A DNA stretch of 63,056 bases, counting the filler. It is 6 parts of 6 records of this genome, joined end to end, with 100 filler letters (N's around TTAATTAATTAA, not from the genome) between each part and the next. Parts side by side here need not be neighbours in the genome. Positions count along the whole stretch, not along the records: positions 37,686 to 50,243 come from SRR20825010_7207; 5 more parts are not named here. One strand, 5' to 3'. The notes beneath the pieces are model-generated. The model did no database searches and was not told the DNA's origin. It saw only the letters and a program-made list of their open reading frames with translations. The position numbers were made by a program, and so were the translations under genes. Shown here one piece after another: positions 38,717-48,179 of the stretch (positions within the stretch are counted from its first letter, which is position 1; each line of letters begins with the position of its first letter).

Positions 38717-39067
38717 TTATCCTTTAACTTCTTTAATACGGGCCTTTTTACCGGTAAGACCTCTAAAGTAGAAGATTCTGGATCTACGTACTTTACCTTT
38801 TTTGTTTACTTCTACTCTTTGCAAAGCGGGCATGTTTACTGGGAAAATTCTTTCCACACCTACAGTACCGGACATTTTGCGGATAGTAAAAGTTTCTGTT
38901 GCACCGCTTCCTCTACGTTGTATTACTACACCTTTAAAGAACTGGGTACGAGTTTTTTCACCTTCCTTGATTTCGTAATACACAGTGATGGTGTCACCAG
39001 CTGAGAATTTTGGAAATTCTTTTTTTGGAACAAATTCGTCTTCAACAAATTTTATTAAGGATTCCAT
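38717..39067 (-). CDS. rplS: 50S ribosomal protein L19
   Basis: MESLIKFV...FSAGDTITVYYEIKEGEKTRTQFFKGVVI...GVERIFP...GKVRRSRIFY; ATG at 39067. Confidence 0.97.
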   Translation of the reverse strand: MESLIKFVEDEFVPKKEFPKFSAGDTITVYYEIKEGEKTRTQFFKGVVIQRRGSGATETFTIRKMSGTVGVERIFPVNMPALQRVEVNKKGKVRRSRIFYFRGLTGKKARIKEVKG

Positions 39068-39094
39068 TTGTATGTTTTTTAATGTTTTTTGCAA

Positions 39095-39128
39095 GATCAA
39101 CTTACACGGATTTCGTCAGAGGTTGATT
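39095..39128 (-). ncRNA. rplS 5' UTR hairpin, probable L19-Flavobacteria ribosomal leader
   Basis: Minus strand ATCAAC-CTCTG-ACG-AAATC-CGT-GTAA-GTTGAT, between a TACTTTTG -7 element (39138-39145) and the rplS start; family assignment is from context, not a covariance-model search. Confidence 0.65.
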
Positions 39129-39188
39129 TTGAGATTGCAAAAGTAATCTATTATTTAGAAATTACAAGCTGTTTTTTACCTTTTTGAT

Positions 39189-39866
39189 TTATTTTTCCAA
39201 AAGGTCGGGTCTTCTTTCTTGAGTACGTTCCAAGGCTTGTTGCTCCCGCCATTTCTCAATTTTTGGAAAGTTACCGCTCAACAGGATTTTTGGAACTTCC
39301 ATTCCTTTATATTCCGCAGGTCGAGTATATACGGGCGGAGCCAATAGATTGTCCTGAAACGTATCGGTCAGGGCAGAGGTTTCATCGTTCAATACTCCTG
39401 GAAGCAATCGAATTACCGCATCGCACAAAATAGCAGCGGCGAGTTCACCACCAGAAAGCACATAGTCGCCAATGGAAATTTCACGGGTCACGAACATGTC
39501 CCTCACCCGTTGGTCGACACCTTTATAATGTCCGCAAAGCACAATAATGTTTTTTTTCATGGAAATTTCATTGGCCATTCCCTGGTTTAAGGTATTGCCA
39601 TCGGGTGTCATATAAATGACTTCGTCATACTCCCTTTCCGCTTTTAATTGGGAAATGCATTTATCGATGGGTTCTATCATCATCACCATCCCGGCTCCAC
39701 CGCCAAATTGGTAGTCGTCCACCTGCTTATAATTTCCGGTGGTGTAATCTCTCAAATTATGAAGGTGCACCTCTACCAAACCCTTTTCTATGGCCCGTTT
39801 TAGTATTGATGCTTCGAAAGGGCTTTTTAGAAGTTCGGGAAGTACGGTGATAATGTCTATCCGCAT
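39189..39866 (-). CDS. trmD: tRNA (guanine37-N1)-methyltransferase
   Basis: [45 protein letters not shown]; the start could be 39872. Confidence 0.96.
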   Translation of the reverse strand: MRIDIITVLPELLKSPFEASILKRAIEKGLVEVHLHNLRDYTTGNYKQVDDYQFGGGAGMVMMIEPIDKCISQLKAEREYDEVIYMTPDGNTLNQGMANEISMKKNIIVLCGHYKGVDQRVRDMFVTREISIGDYVLSGGELAAAILCDAVIRLLPGVLNDETSALTDTFQDNLLAPPVYTRPAEYKGMEVPKILLSGNFPKIEKWREQQALERTQERRPDLLEK

Positions 39867-39930
39867 GGACATTGGTGTTGTGTATTGATTTGCCGCAAAA
39901 ATAGTGAATGCAGGCAATAACTGCTATATA

Positions 39931-39958
39931 AAAGAAAGGCTTCCGAAATGGAAGCCTT
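39931..39958 (-). terminator. Intrinsic terminator upstream of trmD
   Basis: AAGGCTTCC-GAAAT-GGAAGCCTT with an A-rich left flank (U-tract on the minus strand). Confidence 0.7.
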
Positions 39959-39963
39959 AATTC

Positions 39964-40569
39964 TTATTTTTTCTGCTTGTTCAGTTCGTCCTGTAACTGT
40001 CGACTTATTTTCTGCTCGCGTTCAAGAGCTCTTCTCCTATGATTTTGATACTCATCTTCCAACTCGGCAAGCGCAGATTTGGCCTGCTGCGTCAAAAAGT
40101 TGCTATTTCTAAATCGATATATAAAGAACAAAAGAAGCAACAACAGTCCAAAAATAATGGACCACAATATAAAGTTGTAGGTTCCTTTGCTTATCAACAG
40201 GCCAAAGAAGGAAATACTGTCTTTTTCTTCGGTAACACTGTTCAATTTATTGGTCGTTTCTTGCAGTTTTCCGTTCAGGTCCTCTATTTCGGCATCATTT
40301 GCGGTAATGGTAGCCGACAAGTCCTTGATGGTCTTATTCGCTGTATCGATGGAATCAAAAACGTTATCTTTCGTTTTGTATAGGTCGGTTATCTTGACCA
40401 CCTCATATTGGATACCATTGGCCCGATAATTGCCCGACTTACGTTCCAATTCTTCAAACTGCCCCCTAAGGGTGTTATCAGTTTCTTCGGTTGATTCATC
40501 TTCCTGGGCATGGACGGATAGGACAGGAATTAGTAAGGCTAAGGCAAATAAAATGCGTAAATGCTTCAT
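39964..40569 (-). CDS. Flavobacterial coiled-coil membrane protein of unknown function
   Basis: Signal peptide, long heptad-rich segment, one TM helix, C-terminal RRRALEREQKISRQLQDE; no methyltransferase motifs. Confidence 0.8.
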   Translation of the reverse strand: MKHLRILFALALLIPVLSVHAQEDESTEETDNTLRGQFEELERKSGNYRANGIQYEVVKITDLYKTKDNVFDSIDTANKTIKDLSATITANDAEIEDLNGKLQETTNKLNSVTEEKDSISFFGLLISKGTYNFILWSIIFGLLLLLLFFIYRFRNSNFLTQQAKSALAELEDEYQNHRRRALEREQKISRQLQDELNKQKK

Positions 40570-40676
40570 GTTCAATAATGTTCTCGTATTAAATTTAGAT
40601 TAAGGGTGGAGCGAAATTACATCAATATACCTAATTTAAAAAAAGAAAATCAGTTCAAAGAACAATTCGTGCCCCA

Positions 40677-42125
40677 CTAATAATACGTATAACGCCTAAC
40701 TTTTGCGATATATTTTGCCAATCGCACAACTTGATGCGAATAACCATACTCGTTATCGTACCAAATATACAATACCACATTTTTTCCGCCGGGAGCAACA
40801 ATTGTGGCCTTGCTGTCATAAATTGATGGCGCCGTGGTGCCTACAATGTCCGAAGATACCAATTCGTTGCTCAGCGCATACTTTATCTGCTCCACCAAAT
40901 CACCTTCCAATGCATATTTTTTAATGATGGTATCAATGCCCTCTTTTGAGGTTTTGTTTTTGACCTCTAAGTTTAGGATGGCAAGTGACCCATTGGGTAC
41001 GGGAACCCTTATGGCGTTCGAGGTCAGTTTTCCCTTTAGCGATGGCAATGCTTTGGCAACTGCCGACCCTGCACCTGTTTCCGTAATCACCATATTAAGT
41101 GCGGCCGCACGGCCACGACGGTACTTATTGTGCATATTGTCCACCAAATTCTGGTCATTGGTATAGGCGTGGATGGTCTCCAAATGCCCTTTTTTAATGC
41201 CCAGGGAATCCTCGATGACCTTTAGGATAGGGGTAATGGCGTTCGTAGTGCATGACGCAGCAGAGTATATTTTTGTCTTGTCCGGGTCAAAATCCTTGTG
41301 GTTTACCCCGTGTACAATATTAGGAACCTCTTTTCCCGGGGCGGTCAACAACACCTTGCTGGCCCCTTTTGATTTCAGATGTCGAGATAGTTCCTTGTTG
41401 TCCCTAAAGGCACCGGTGTTATCGATAATCAAGGCGTTTTGGATGCCGTATTGGGTGTAATCGATATCTTCGGGTTGATTGGCATTGATGATTTTTACGG
41501 TTGTACCATTAATGATAAGTGCTTGCTTTTCCATATCAACATCAACAGTTCCGGTAAAAGGTCCGTGAACCGAATCGGTCTTAAGGAGTGCGGCTCTTTT
41601 TTCCAAAACTTCCCTGTTCATTTCGCCGCGGACTACAATGGCACGCAATCGTAACTGACTTCCTCGGCCTGTTTTGGCCATAAGTTCGCGCGCTACCAAA
41701 CGTCCAATGCGTCCAAAACCATACAGCACCACATCTTTTGGATTTATGGCTTTGGAGGTTTGGGCGCCCTTTAGTTTATCGATAACAAAGGCCTTTACAT
41801 TTAAATGGGCGTTCTGGCTGGAATTGTACTCGTAGGTCAATTTGCCGATATCGAGTTTGGCAGGAGGGAGGTTAAGGTCGTTGATGGCCCGTAGAATCTC
41901 CACGGAATCAAAAATAGACATAGGCTTTTGAACAAACTCAACCGCATATTCGTGTAGGTTGATGATGTCGCTTACATTCTTGTCGATGATTTGATTTTTG
42001 AAGAGAACCACTTCGATAGCCTTGTCGTACCAAAGGTCGCTTATGATCTTTATGAATTCGGTAGTGGCTTTACGTCTATCTGCCTGAAAGGCAAGTTCTT
42101 TTTCGTAAGATAAATTGTTGTTCAT
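40677..42125 (-). CDS. Glyceraldehyde-3-phosphate dehydrogenase, long form with N-terminal extension (482 aa)
   Basis: LYGFGRIGR, SAASCTTN, ETIHAYTNDQ, WYDNEYGYS. Confidence 0.94.
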   Translation of the reverse strand: MNNNLSYEKELAFQADRRKATTEFIKIISDLWYDKAIEVVLFKNQIIDKNVSDIINLHEYAVEFVQKPMSIFDSVEILRAINDLNLPPAKLDIGKLTYEYNSSQNAHLNVKAFVIDKLKGAQTSKAINPKDVVLYGFGRIGRLVARELMAKTGRGSQLRLRAIVVRGEMNREVLEKRAALLKTDSVHGPFTGTVDVDMEKQALIINGTTVKIINANQPEDIDYTQYGIQNALIIDNTGAFRDNKELSRHLKSKGASKVLLTAPGKEVPNIVHGVNHKDFDPDKTKIYSAASCTTNAITPILKVIEDSLGIKKGHLETIHAYTNDQNLVDNMHNKYRRGRAAALNMVITETGAGSAVAKALPSLKGKLTSNAIRVPVPNGSLAILNLEVKNKTSKEGIDTIIKKYALEGDLVEQIKYALSNELVSSDIVGTTAPSIYDSKATIVAPGGKNVVLYIWYDNEYGYSHQVVRLAKYIAKVRRYTYY

Positions 42126-42205
42126 GGATGATGGTTGCGGTTGTGATGATTAATTTCGTGGCTAAATTATATATTTCAAACGTTTTCGTAAAACATAAAG
42201 GGTAT

Positions 42206-42234
42206 AAAAAAAGCGCCTTTTTAAAGACGCTTTT
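42206..42234 (-). terminator. Intrinsic terminator after the HtrA gene
   Basis: Minus strand GCGTCTTT-AA-AAAGGCGC-T7. Confidence 0.75.
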
Positions 42235-42254
42235 AAGTGTTTTTTCAGCACTTT

Positions 42255-43655
42255 TTACTGAAGTATCATGTGTTCTTTTTCACCATCTTCATTGATCATG
42301 GTGAAACTGGTTCGTCCATATCGGGACAATTGGCCAAAAAGTTGCTTGGCATCATCAATATTATTGATGGGTTCACCATCCAATTCAATGATGACCTTGT
42401 TGGTCAAACCATATCGGGAGTAACCTTGGGGAACATCAATAATCTTAACGCCTTTGGATACGCCAAATTTCTTTTTGTCTTCTTTGGTCAAGTTTTTCAC
42501 CTTAAAAGAAGTAGCTGGTAGAATAATGCTGTTCTGTTTTTTCAAGGTTACATTTTTTACCAAATTTTCGCCATCTCGGTCCAATGTTACTTGTACCACA
42601 TCTCCGGGCCTTTTGGAATTTAAATACCCTGTAAGTTCAGAGAACTTGCCAATATTGACATTATCCACTTTTTTAATGACGTCACCTTGCATTAAACCGG
42701 CCTCATCGGCGCCGGACTCTTCTTCCACGCCTGCCACATAAACACCTTCAAGTTCATCGAGCCCCATTTCAATAGCTTGTGGAGACCTGGTATTTGCAGC
42801 GGAAATACCCAACAGTCCTTTTTGGACATTACCGAACTCCATAATATCCTCCACTACCTTTTTGGCAATATTACTGGGAACCGCAAAGGCATAGCCTACG
42901 TAGGAGCCTGTTTGCGAGGTGATGGCGGTGTTTATGCCTATAAGATCACCATTGGTGTTCACCAAAGCGCCACCACTGTTTCCCGGGTTGACCGCGGCAT
43001 CGGTCTGTATAAAGGATTGTGCGCCGGTTGGGGAAAGTGACCGTGCTTTGGCACTCACTATTCCAGCAGTTACGGTAGAGGTAAGGTTAAAGGGGTTGCC
43101 AACGGCAAGTACCCACTCGCCAATTTTCGCATTGTCGGAATCCCCAAAAGCCAAATAGGGAAGAGCATCTTCGGCATCTATCTTTAAAAGGGCGATGTCC
43201 GAGTCGGCGTCGGTTCCGATTACTTCGGCCTCATATGATTTGTTGTTGTTCAATACCACTTCCAGTTGGCTCGAGTTGGCGATTACGTGATTATTGGTCA
43301 CTATGTAACCATCTGGAGAAATAATCACTCCGGAACCAGTTCCTACCTGTGGGGTCGATTTACGTTCATACCCATAGAAGAACTCGGCAATACTGGACGG
43401 CCCCCTACTGCTCATGGTCATATTTTTTACGTGTACCACGGAATTCACCGTTTTTTCGGCCGCAGAGGTAAAATCAACCTCGTTGATACCTGCCCCACTG
43501 GCGGAAGTTTCCAGATTACTCGTGGTTACAAAAGGTGTTTCCTCTTGCGTAGTGACCCATTTATAGCTTTCTTTCTCAAAAAATAATTTGTAAGCTCCAA
43601 GCGTAATTGCACCTGCAAATACGGATACAAGGAATAAACTAGCTATTTTCTTCAT
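42255..43655 (-). CDS. HtrA/DegP family serine protease with PDZ domain(s)
   Basis: GSGVII, TNNHV, DIALLK, QTDAAVNPGNSGG; a TAATTTTG -7 element lies at 43687-43694. Confidence 0.95.
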   Translation of the reverse strand: MKKIASLFLVSVFAGAITLGAYKLFFEKESYKWVTTQEETPFVTTSNLETSASGAGINEVDFTSAAEKTVNSVVHVKNMTMSSRGPSSIAEFFYGYERKSTPQVGTGSGVIISPDGYIVTNNHVIANSSQLEVVLNNNKSYEAEVIGTDADSDIALLKIDAEDALPYLAFGDSDNAKIGEWVLAVGNPFNLTSTVTAGIVSAKARSLSPTGAQSFIQTDAAVNPGNSGGALVNTNGDLIGINTAITSQTGSYVGYAFAVPSNIAKKVVEDIMEFGNVQKGLLGISAANTRSPQAIEMGLDELEGVYVAGVEEESGADEAGLMQGDVIKKVDNVNIGKFSELTGYLNSKRPGDVVQVTLDRDGENLVKNVTLKKQNSIILPATSFKVKNLTKEDKKKFGVSKGVKIIDVPQGYSRYGLTNKVIIELDGEPINNIDDAKQLFGQLSRYGRTSFTMINEDGEKEHMILQ

Positions 43656-43789
43656 AATTCATTAACAATTTAACATTAAGCTTTATCAAAATTAAAAGTT
43701 TTCAATTTTTGGCTAAGTCGGTTTAACGCTGTTTTAACTCCAAAAAAAACCTTAAAAAACCCCGTATATTTGTTCCTTTGTAGATAATC

Positions 43790-44572
43790 ATGGAACTACA
43801 GTTTTTTAAATATCAAGGAACGGGAAACGATTTTGTAATTATCGACAATCGTCAGGATATATTTCCCAAAAACAATACCAAGCTTGTAGCGGAGCTTTGT
43901 GACCGAAGATTTGGCATTGGAGCGGACGGTTTGATTCTGCTCGAAAATGACAATGTGTCTGATTTTAAGATGGTTTACTATAATGCAGATGGAGCCGAAA
44001 GCACTATGTGTGGCAATGGAGGTCGCTGCTTGGTAGCGTTTGCCCATTATTTGGGAGTGATAGAAGAAAAGACCACCTTTAATGCAGTAGATGGTCTTCA
44101 TAAAGCTACCGTAGAAGGCGACATCGTAAATTTAAAGATGATTGATGTGGATAAGATACACGAGAAACAAAACCATAGTTTTTTGGATACTGGCTCCCCA
44201 CATCATGTGCAACTAGTAAAGGAGCTAAAGCAGTTTGATGTACAAAAGGAAGGCAAAAAACTCCGCTACGGAATTTATGGGGCATCTGGAAGCAATATCA
44301 ATTTTGTGGAACAGACCAGCGACAATGCCTTTGATGTACGTACCTACGAAAGAGGAGTGGAGGGGGAGACCTTTTCCTGTGGCACAGGGGTGACCGCTGT
44401 GGCCCTGGCCATGCACGAATCAGGTAAAACCGCCGCGAACGAGGTACATATCCATACCATCGGGGGGGATTTGACCATTTCTTTTGAGAAAAAGGAGGGG
44501 AAATACAGCAATGTCTTTTTAAAAGGCCCAGCCATACAAGTGTTTAAAGGAACCATCGAATGCTCAATCTAA
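43790..44572 (+). CDS. dapF: Diaminopimelate epimerase
   Basis: KYQGTGNDF, GIGADG, MCGNGGRC, ERGVEGETFSCGTG; TATATTTG -7 element at 43765-43772. Confidence 0.96.
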   Translation: MELQFFKYQGTGNDFVIIDNRQDIFPKNNTKLVAELCDRRFGIGADGLILLENDNVSDFKMVYYNADGAESTMCGNGGRCLVAFAHYLGVIEEKTTFNAVDGLHKATVEGDIVNLKMIDVDKIHEKQNHSFLDTGSPHHVQLVKELKQFDVQKEGKKLRYGIYGASGSNINFVEQTSDNAFDVRTYERGVEGETFSCGTGVTAVALAMHESGKTAANEVHIHTIGGDLTISFEKKEGKYSNVFLKGPAIQVFKGTIECSI

Positions 44573-45093
44573 AGGGACAACACATTTATTTGCGGGCATT
44601 GGAGCCCACTGACCTAGATTTTCTGTATAGATTGGAAAACGATACATCGGTATGGGAACTGAGCGGTACGCTAAAACCTTACTCCAAAAAGGTGCTGCAA
44701 TTGTATTTGGACAATGCCCACAGGGATATTTATGATGTGAAGCAATTACGATTGTGTATCAGTAACAATCAAGATGAGTGCATTGGGTTAATCGATTTGT
44801 TCGATTTTGACCCCAAAAACCGCCGTGCCGGCATTGGAATTATAATCGTAGAGCCCGGCGACCGCAATAAAGGTGCTGGTGCAGAAGCCTTGTCGCTTTT
44901 GTGCGATTATGCATTTTCAGCTTTGGACATGCATCAACTCTACGCCAATATTTTGGAGGATAATGAGGCGAGTATCCATTTGTTTCAAAAAATGGGATTC
45001 GAAGAAATCGGCGTTAAAAAGGAATGGATAAGAACCAACCAAGGGTTCAAGAACGAAATAATGTATCAAAAGATCAATACAAATGAATCTTAA
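44560..45093 (+). CDS. GNAT family N-acetyltransferase (RimJ/SpeG-like)
   Basis: LRALEPTD, RNKGAGAEAL, NEASIHLFQKMGF. Confidence 0.9.
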   Translation: MLNLKGQHIYLRALEPTDLDFLYRLENDTSVWELSGTLKPYSKKVLQLYLDNAHRDIYDVKQLRLCISNNQDECIGLIDLFDFDPKNRRAGIGIIIVEPGDRNKGAGAEALSLLCDYAFSALDMHQLYANILEDNEASIHLFQKMGFEEIGVKKEWIRTNQGFKNEIMYQKINTNES

Positions 45094-46126
45094 GAAAGTA
45101 CTTTGGGCAACGGCCGTCCTCGGATTGTTGATCTGCGGTTTTATTGCCTATCAAATTTACAGTGCCATTTTTAGTCCCAATACCCAGTTCAATAATGATG
45201 AAGCCTTTGTTTACATTGAAACGGATGCATCGTTCAGTGATGTAAAAACTTCATTGGAACCTTTGTTGCAAGATTTGTCGACTTTTGAGGCCGTCGCCAA
45301 GCGTAAAGGGTATATCACCAATATAAAAGCAGGCAAATACGCTCTCAAAAAAGGGATGAACAATAATGAGATTATCAATACCCTTCGGAGCGCCAACTTA
45401 CCTGTTCAAGTATCATTTAATAATCAAGAATCGCTGGCATTGCTGGCGGGAAGAGTCTCAGAGCAGATAGAAGCAGATAGTTTAGAATTGCTTCAAACAT
45501 TCAATGATCCTGAGTTTTTGAAGGAAACAAAGTTTGATGAGGATACCAAACTGGCGATGTACATTCCAAATACCTATGAATTTTTCTGGAATACCGACGC
45601 TAAAAGTTTTAGGGATAGAATGCGGACGGAATACGAACGCTTCTGGAACAGTGACCGTTTGCAAAAGGCAAAAAACCTTGGGTTGACTCCCAATGAGGTT
45701 ACCGCTTTGGCAGCCATAGTACAGAAAGAAACCGCCAAGGTAGATGAGCGTCCGCGAGTGGCGGGCGTGTACCTGAATCGAATCCGAAAAGGAATGTTGC
45801 TTCAGGCCGACCCCACCGTGATCTACGCCATCAAAAAGGAAACGGGCAATTACGACACCATTATTAAAAGAGTCCTTTTTCGTGATTTGGAAATGGATTC
45901 ACCTTACAATACCTATAAATATGCAGGTGTTCCACCAGGTCCGATAACCATGCCGGACATTACTTCAATCGATGCGGTTTTGAACCCTGAAAAACACGAT
46001 TATCTTTATTTTGTGGCCGACGTTTCCAACTTCGGATACCATATGTTTGCCAAATCTTTGGCGCAACACAACCGAAATAAGGTACAATACACCCGATGGT
46101 TGAATCAACAAAAAGTTCTGAGATAA
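45083..46126 (+). CDS. mltG: Endolytic transglycosylase MltG
   Basis: AAIVQKET, NRIRKGMLLQADPTV, SPYNTYKYAGVPPGPI, YLYFVA. Confidence 0.95.
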   Translation: MNLKKVLWATAVLGLLICGFIAYQIYSAIFSPNTQFNNDEAFVYIETDASFSDVKTSLEPLLQDLSTFEAVAKRKGYITNIKAGKYALKKGMNNNEIINTLRSANLPVQVSFNNQESLALLAGRVSEQIEADSLELLQTFNDPEFLKETKFDEDTKLAMYIPNTYEFFWNTDAKSFRDRMRTEYERFWNSDRLQKAKNLGLTPNEVTALAAIVQKETAKVDERPRVAGVYLNRIRKGMLLQADPTVIYAIKKETGNYDTIIKRVLFRDLEMDSPYNTYKYAGVPPGPITMPDITSIDAVLNPEKHDYLYFVADVSNFGYHMFAKSLAQHNRNKVQYTRWLNQQKVLR

Positions 46127-46277
46127 GGTTCTTTATCGTTGATTTTCATCCATTTAACGTATTTTAAGCCTGATTTAAGAAATCTTTATGAGCTTTAGGG
46201 TGCCCTTTAACTTATCTCCATCTATATTTGCCGGCCAAATTGATTTTTGATACGTATATAGTATCGAGATCACAAAT

Positions 46278-46931
46278 ATGAACATTATGAAAAGATGGAT
46301 AGGTTTTATACTACATCTTGCCATGATCGTAGTTTTGACAAGTTTTGGTTCATATACCATAATGAAAAGAGGGAATGTTGAAATTCCCGATTCATTGAAG
46401 GTTACGACCAATTTGGAATTCTTTGCACCATTGGATTCCATACCACTTCTTGACGAGGACGAGGTAACACCTCCTTTTCTGGGTAAAGCTTTCAATGGCT
46501 TTAAAGAAGCGCTTGCTTTTAAAGAATCCCAAGGCAAGTATCAAAGAGTAAATACATTGGGTTATTTGGGCAAATACCAGTTTGGTAGCAGCACATTAAA
46601 TTTGATGGGAGTTTACGATATGGATGAATTTTTGGACAATCCAGAACTTCAGGAAAAGGCCTTTATGGCCAATATTGCCCGTAACAAATGGATTTTGAGA
46701 AGGGATATCAAGCGCTTCAACGGAAAAACTATCGGAGGAATCAAAGTAACTGAATCCGGTATTTTGGCTGCGGCCCATTTGGCTGGAGCAGGTAACGTCA
46801 AAAAGTATCTACGATCTTATGGACAAAACGATGTAACTGATGCTTACGGAAGTAATATCTCGTACTATATGAAAAAATTTGCGGGCTACGATATTTCCAA
46901 TATCAAGCAACAGAAAAATGCCAAAGTATAA
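46278..46931 (+). CDS. Exported lysozyme-like / transglycosylase-fold protein
   Basis: N-terminal hydrophobic segment; ALAFKESQGKY...LGKYQFG...AAAHLAG pattern typical of lysozyme-like folds; TATATTTG -7 element at 46223-46230. Confidence 0.75.
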   Translation: MNIMKRWIGFILHLAMIVVLTSFGSYTIMKRGNVEIPDSLKVTTNLEFFAPLDSIPLLDEDEVTPPFLGKAFNGFKEALAFKESQGKYQRVNTLGYLGKYQFGSSTLNLMGVYDMDEFLDNPELQEKAFMANIARNKWILRRDIKRFNGKTIGGIKVTESGILAAAHLAGAGNVKKYLRSYGQNDVTDAYGSNISYYMKKFAGYDISNIKQQKNAKV

Positions 46932-46953
46932 CTACGGCATGATGTAAAACAAG

Positions 46954-46979
46954 AAAGCCCCGAAATTCGGGGCTTTTTT
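46954..46979. terminator. Bidirectional terminator between convergent genes
   Basis: AAAGCCCCG-AAATT-CGGGGCTTTTTT. Confidence 0.85.
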
Positions 46980-47706
46980 ATGCTTGAATAATATATATTG
47001 TTGGTCTTTTGTCCAGATCTATCTCTATTTCGCTCCATTCATGGGCGCTTTTTGTGGAGATAAACTCTGTGGGTAACGTAATATCGCATGCAATACACAG
47101 TCGGGTTGATTTCTGTAATGTTTTTATAAGTTCCTTTACCAATTTATTGTTGCGGTAAGGGGTTTCCATAAAAATTTGGGACTGCCCTTTTTCACGGGAT
47201 AATCGTTCCAAGCTCTTCACCATTTTTTTGCGCTCTGCATTATCGATGGGCAAATAACCATTGAAAGCAAAGTTCTGGCCGTTCATGCCACTGCTCATCA
47301 TGGCCATTAAAATAGAGGAGGGGCCCACCAGCGGTACCACTTGTATTCTTTTTTGATGCGCAACACGAACTACATCGGCTCCTGGGTCGGCAATGCCCGG
47401 ACACCCAGCTTCGGACAAAATGCCAATATCATGTCCATGAATACAGGGGTCTAAAAAACCGGGAATTTCCTCAGGATTGGTGTATTTATTCAGGGATTGT
47501 AAATGTAAATCAGGTTGCGATTTGCTCGGGCTTACCCGTTTTATAAAACGTCTGGCCGTTTTCTCATTTTCCACGATATAGTGGTCAATGCGCTCTATGG
47601 TCCCTTTTACCGAAATGGGCAGGACTTCCAAAGGAGCATTGTCTCCTAAAGTTGTGGGAATCAAATAGATTTTACCCACTACTAAACCAGGTTTTACCTC
47701 TTCCAT
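46978..47706 (-). CDS. SAM-dependent methyltransferase, RsmI-like tetrapyrrole methylase family
   Basis: LIPTTLG, SEAGCPGIADPG, LVGPSS, FMETPYRN. Confidence 0.9.
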   Translation of the reverse strand: MEEVKPGLVVGKIYLIPTTLGDNAPLEVLPISVKGTIERIDHYIVENEKTARRFIKRVSPSKSQPDLHLQSLNKYTNPEEIPGFLDPCIHGHDIGILSEAGCPGIADPGADVVRVAHQKRIQVVPLVGPSSILMAMMSSGMNGQNFAFNGYLPIDNAERKKMVKSLERLSREKGQSQIFMETPYRNNKLVKELIKTLQKSTRLCIACDITLPTEFISTKSAHEWSEIEIDLDKRPTIYIIQA

Positions 47707-47710
47707 GGGT

Positions 47711-48163
47711 TTAATTTAGCTTTTTCGCAATTTCCTCACAAGCCCTGTCAATCATTTGGTAAACATTTTCAAAGCCATCCTCGCCACCGTAGTAGGGGTC
47801 TGGAACCTCTTTGATTCCCAGTTCGACCTCGCTCAGCAACAATTTTACTTTGTTGGCTTCCTCTTGGTTTGAAGCAAGAGCGGCGACATCTGAAAAATTA
47901 CTGCGGTCCATCACATAAATATAATCGAACTCGGAGAAATCTTGCTTGGAAAATTTTCTACACTTTTGAGTGCTAATATCCAGACCATGTTTATGGGCCA
48001 CGGCAATGGAGCGTTTATCGGGCGGATTGCCCACATGATAGCCTGCGGTGCCTGCGGAATCCACAAAAACATCTTCGGAATCAACTTTGGATTTTAAGAT
48101 GCCTTCGCCCAAAGGTGACCTGCAAATGTTTCCCAAGCAGACCATCAAAACTTTGGTTTTCAT
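47711..48163 (-). CDS. Low molecular weight protein-tyrosine phosphatase
   Basis: [14 protein letters not shown]. Confidence 0.95.
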   Translation of the reverse strand: MKTKVLMVCLGNICRSPLGEGILKSKVDSEDVFVDSAGTAGYHVGNPPDKRSIAVAHKHGLDISTQKCRKFSKQDFSEFDYIYVMDRSNFSDVAALASNQEEANKVKLLLSEVELGIKEVPDPYYGGEDGFENVYQMIDRACEEIAKKLN

Positions 48164-48179
48164 AAATGAGTTGTGAAAA

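Noticed and set aside
39964-40569. Possible second tRNA methyltransferase next to trmD
   Set aside because: Has a signal peptide, coiled coil and TM helix but no SPOUT motifs.
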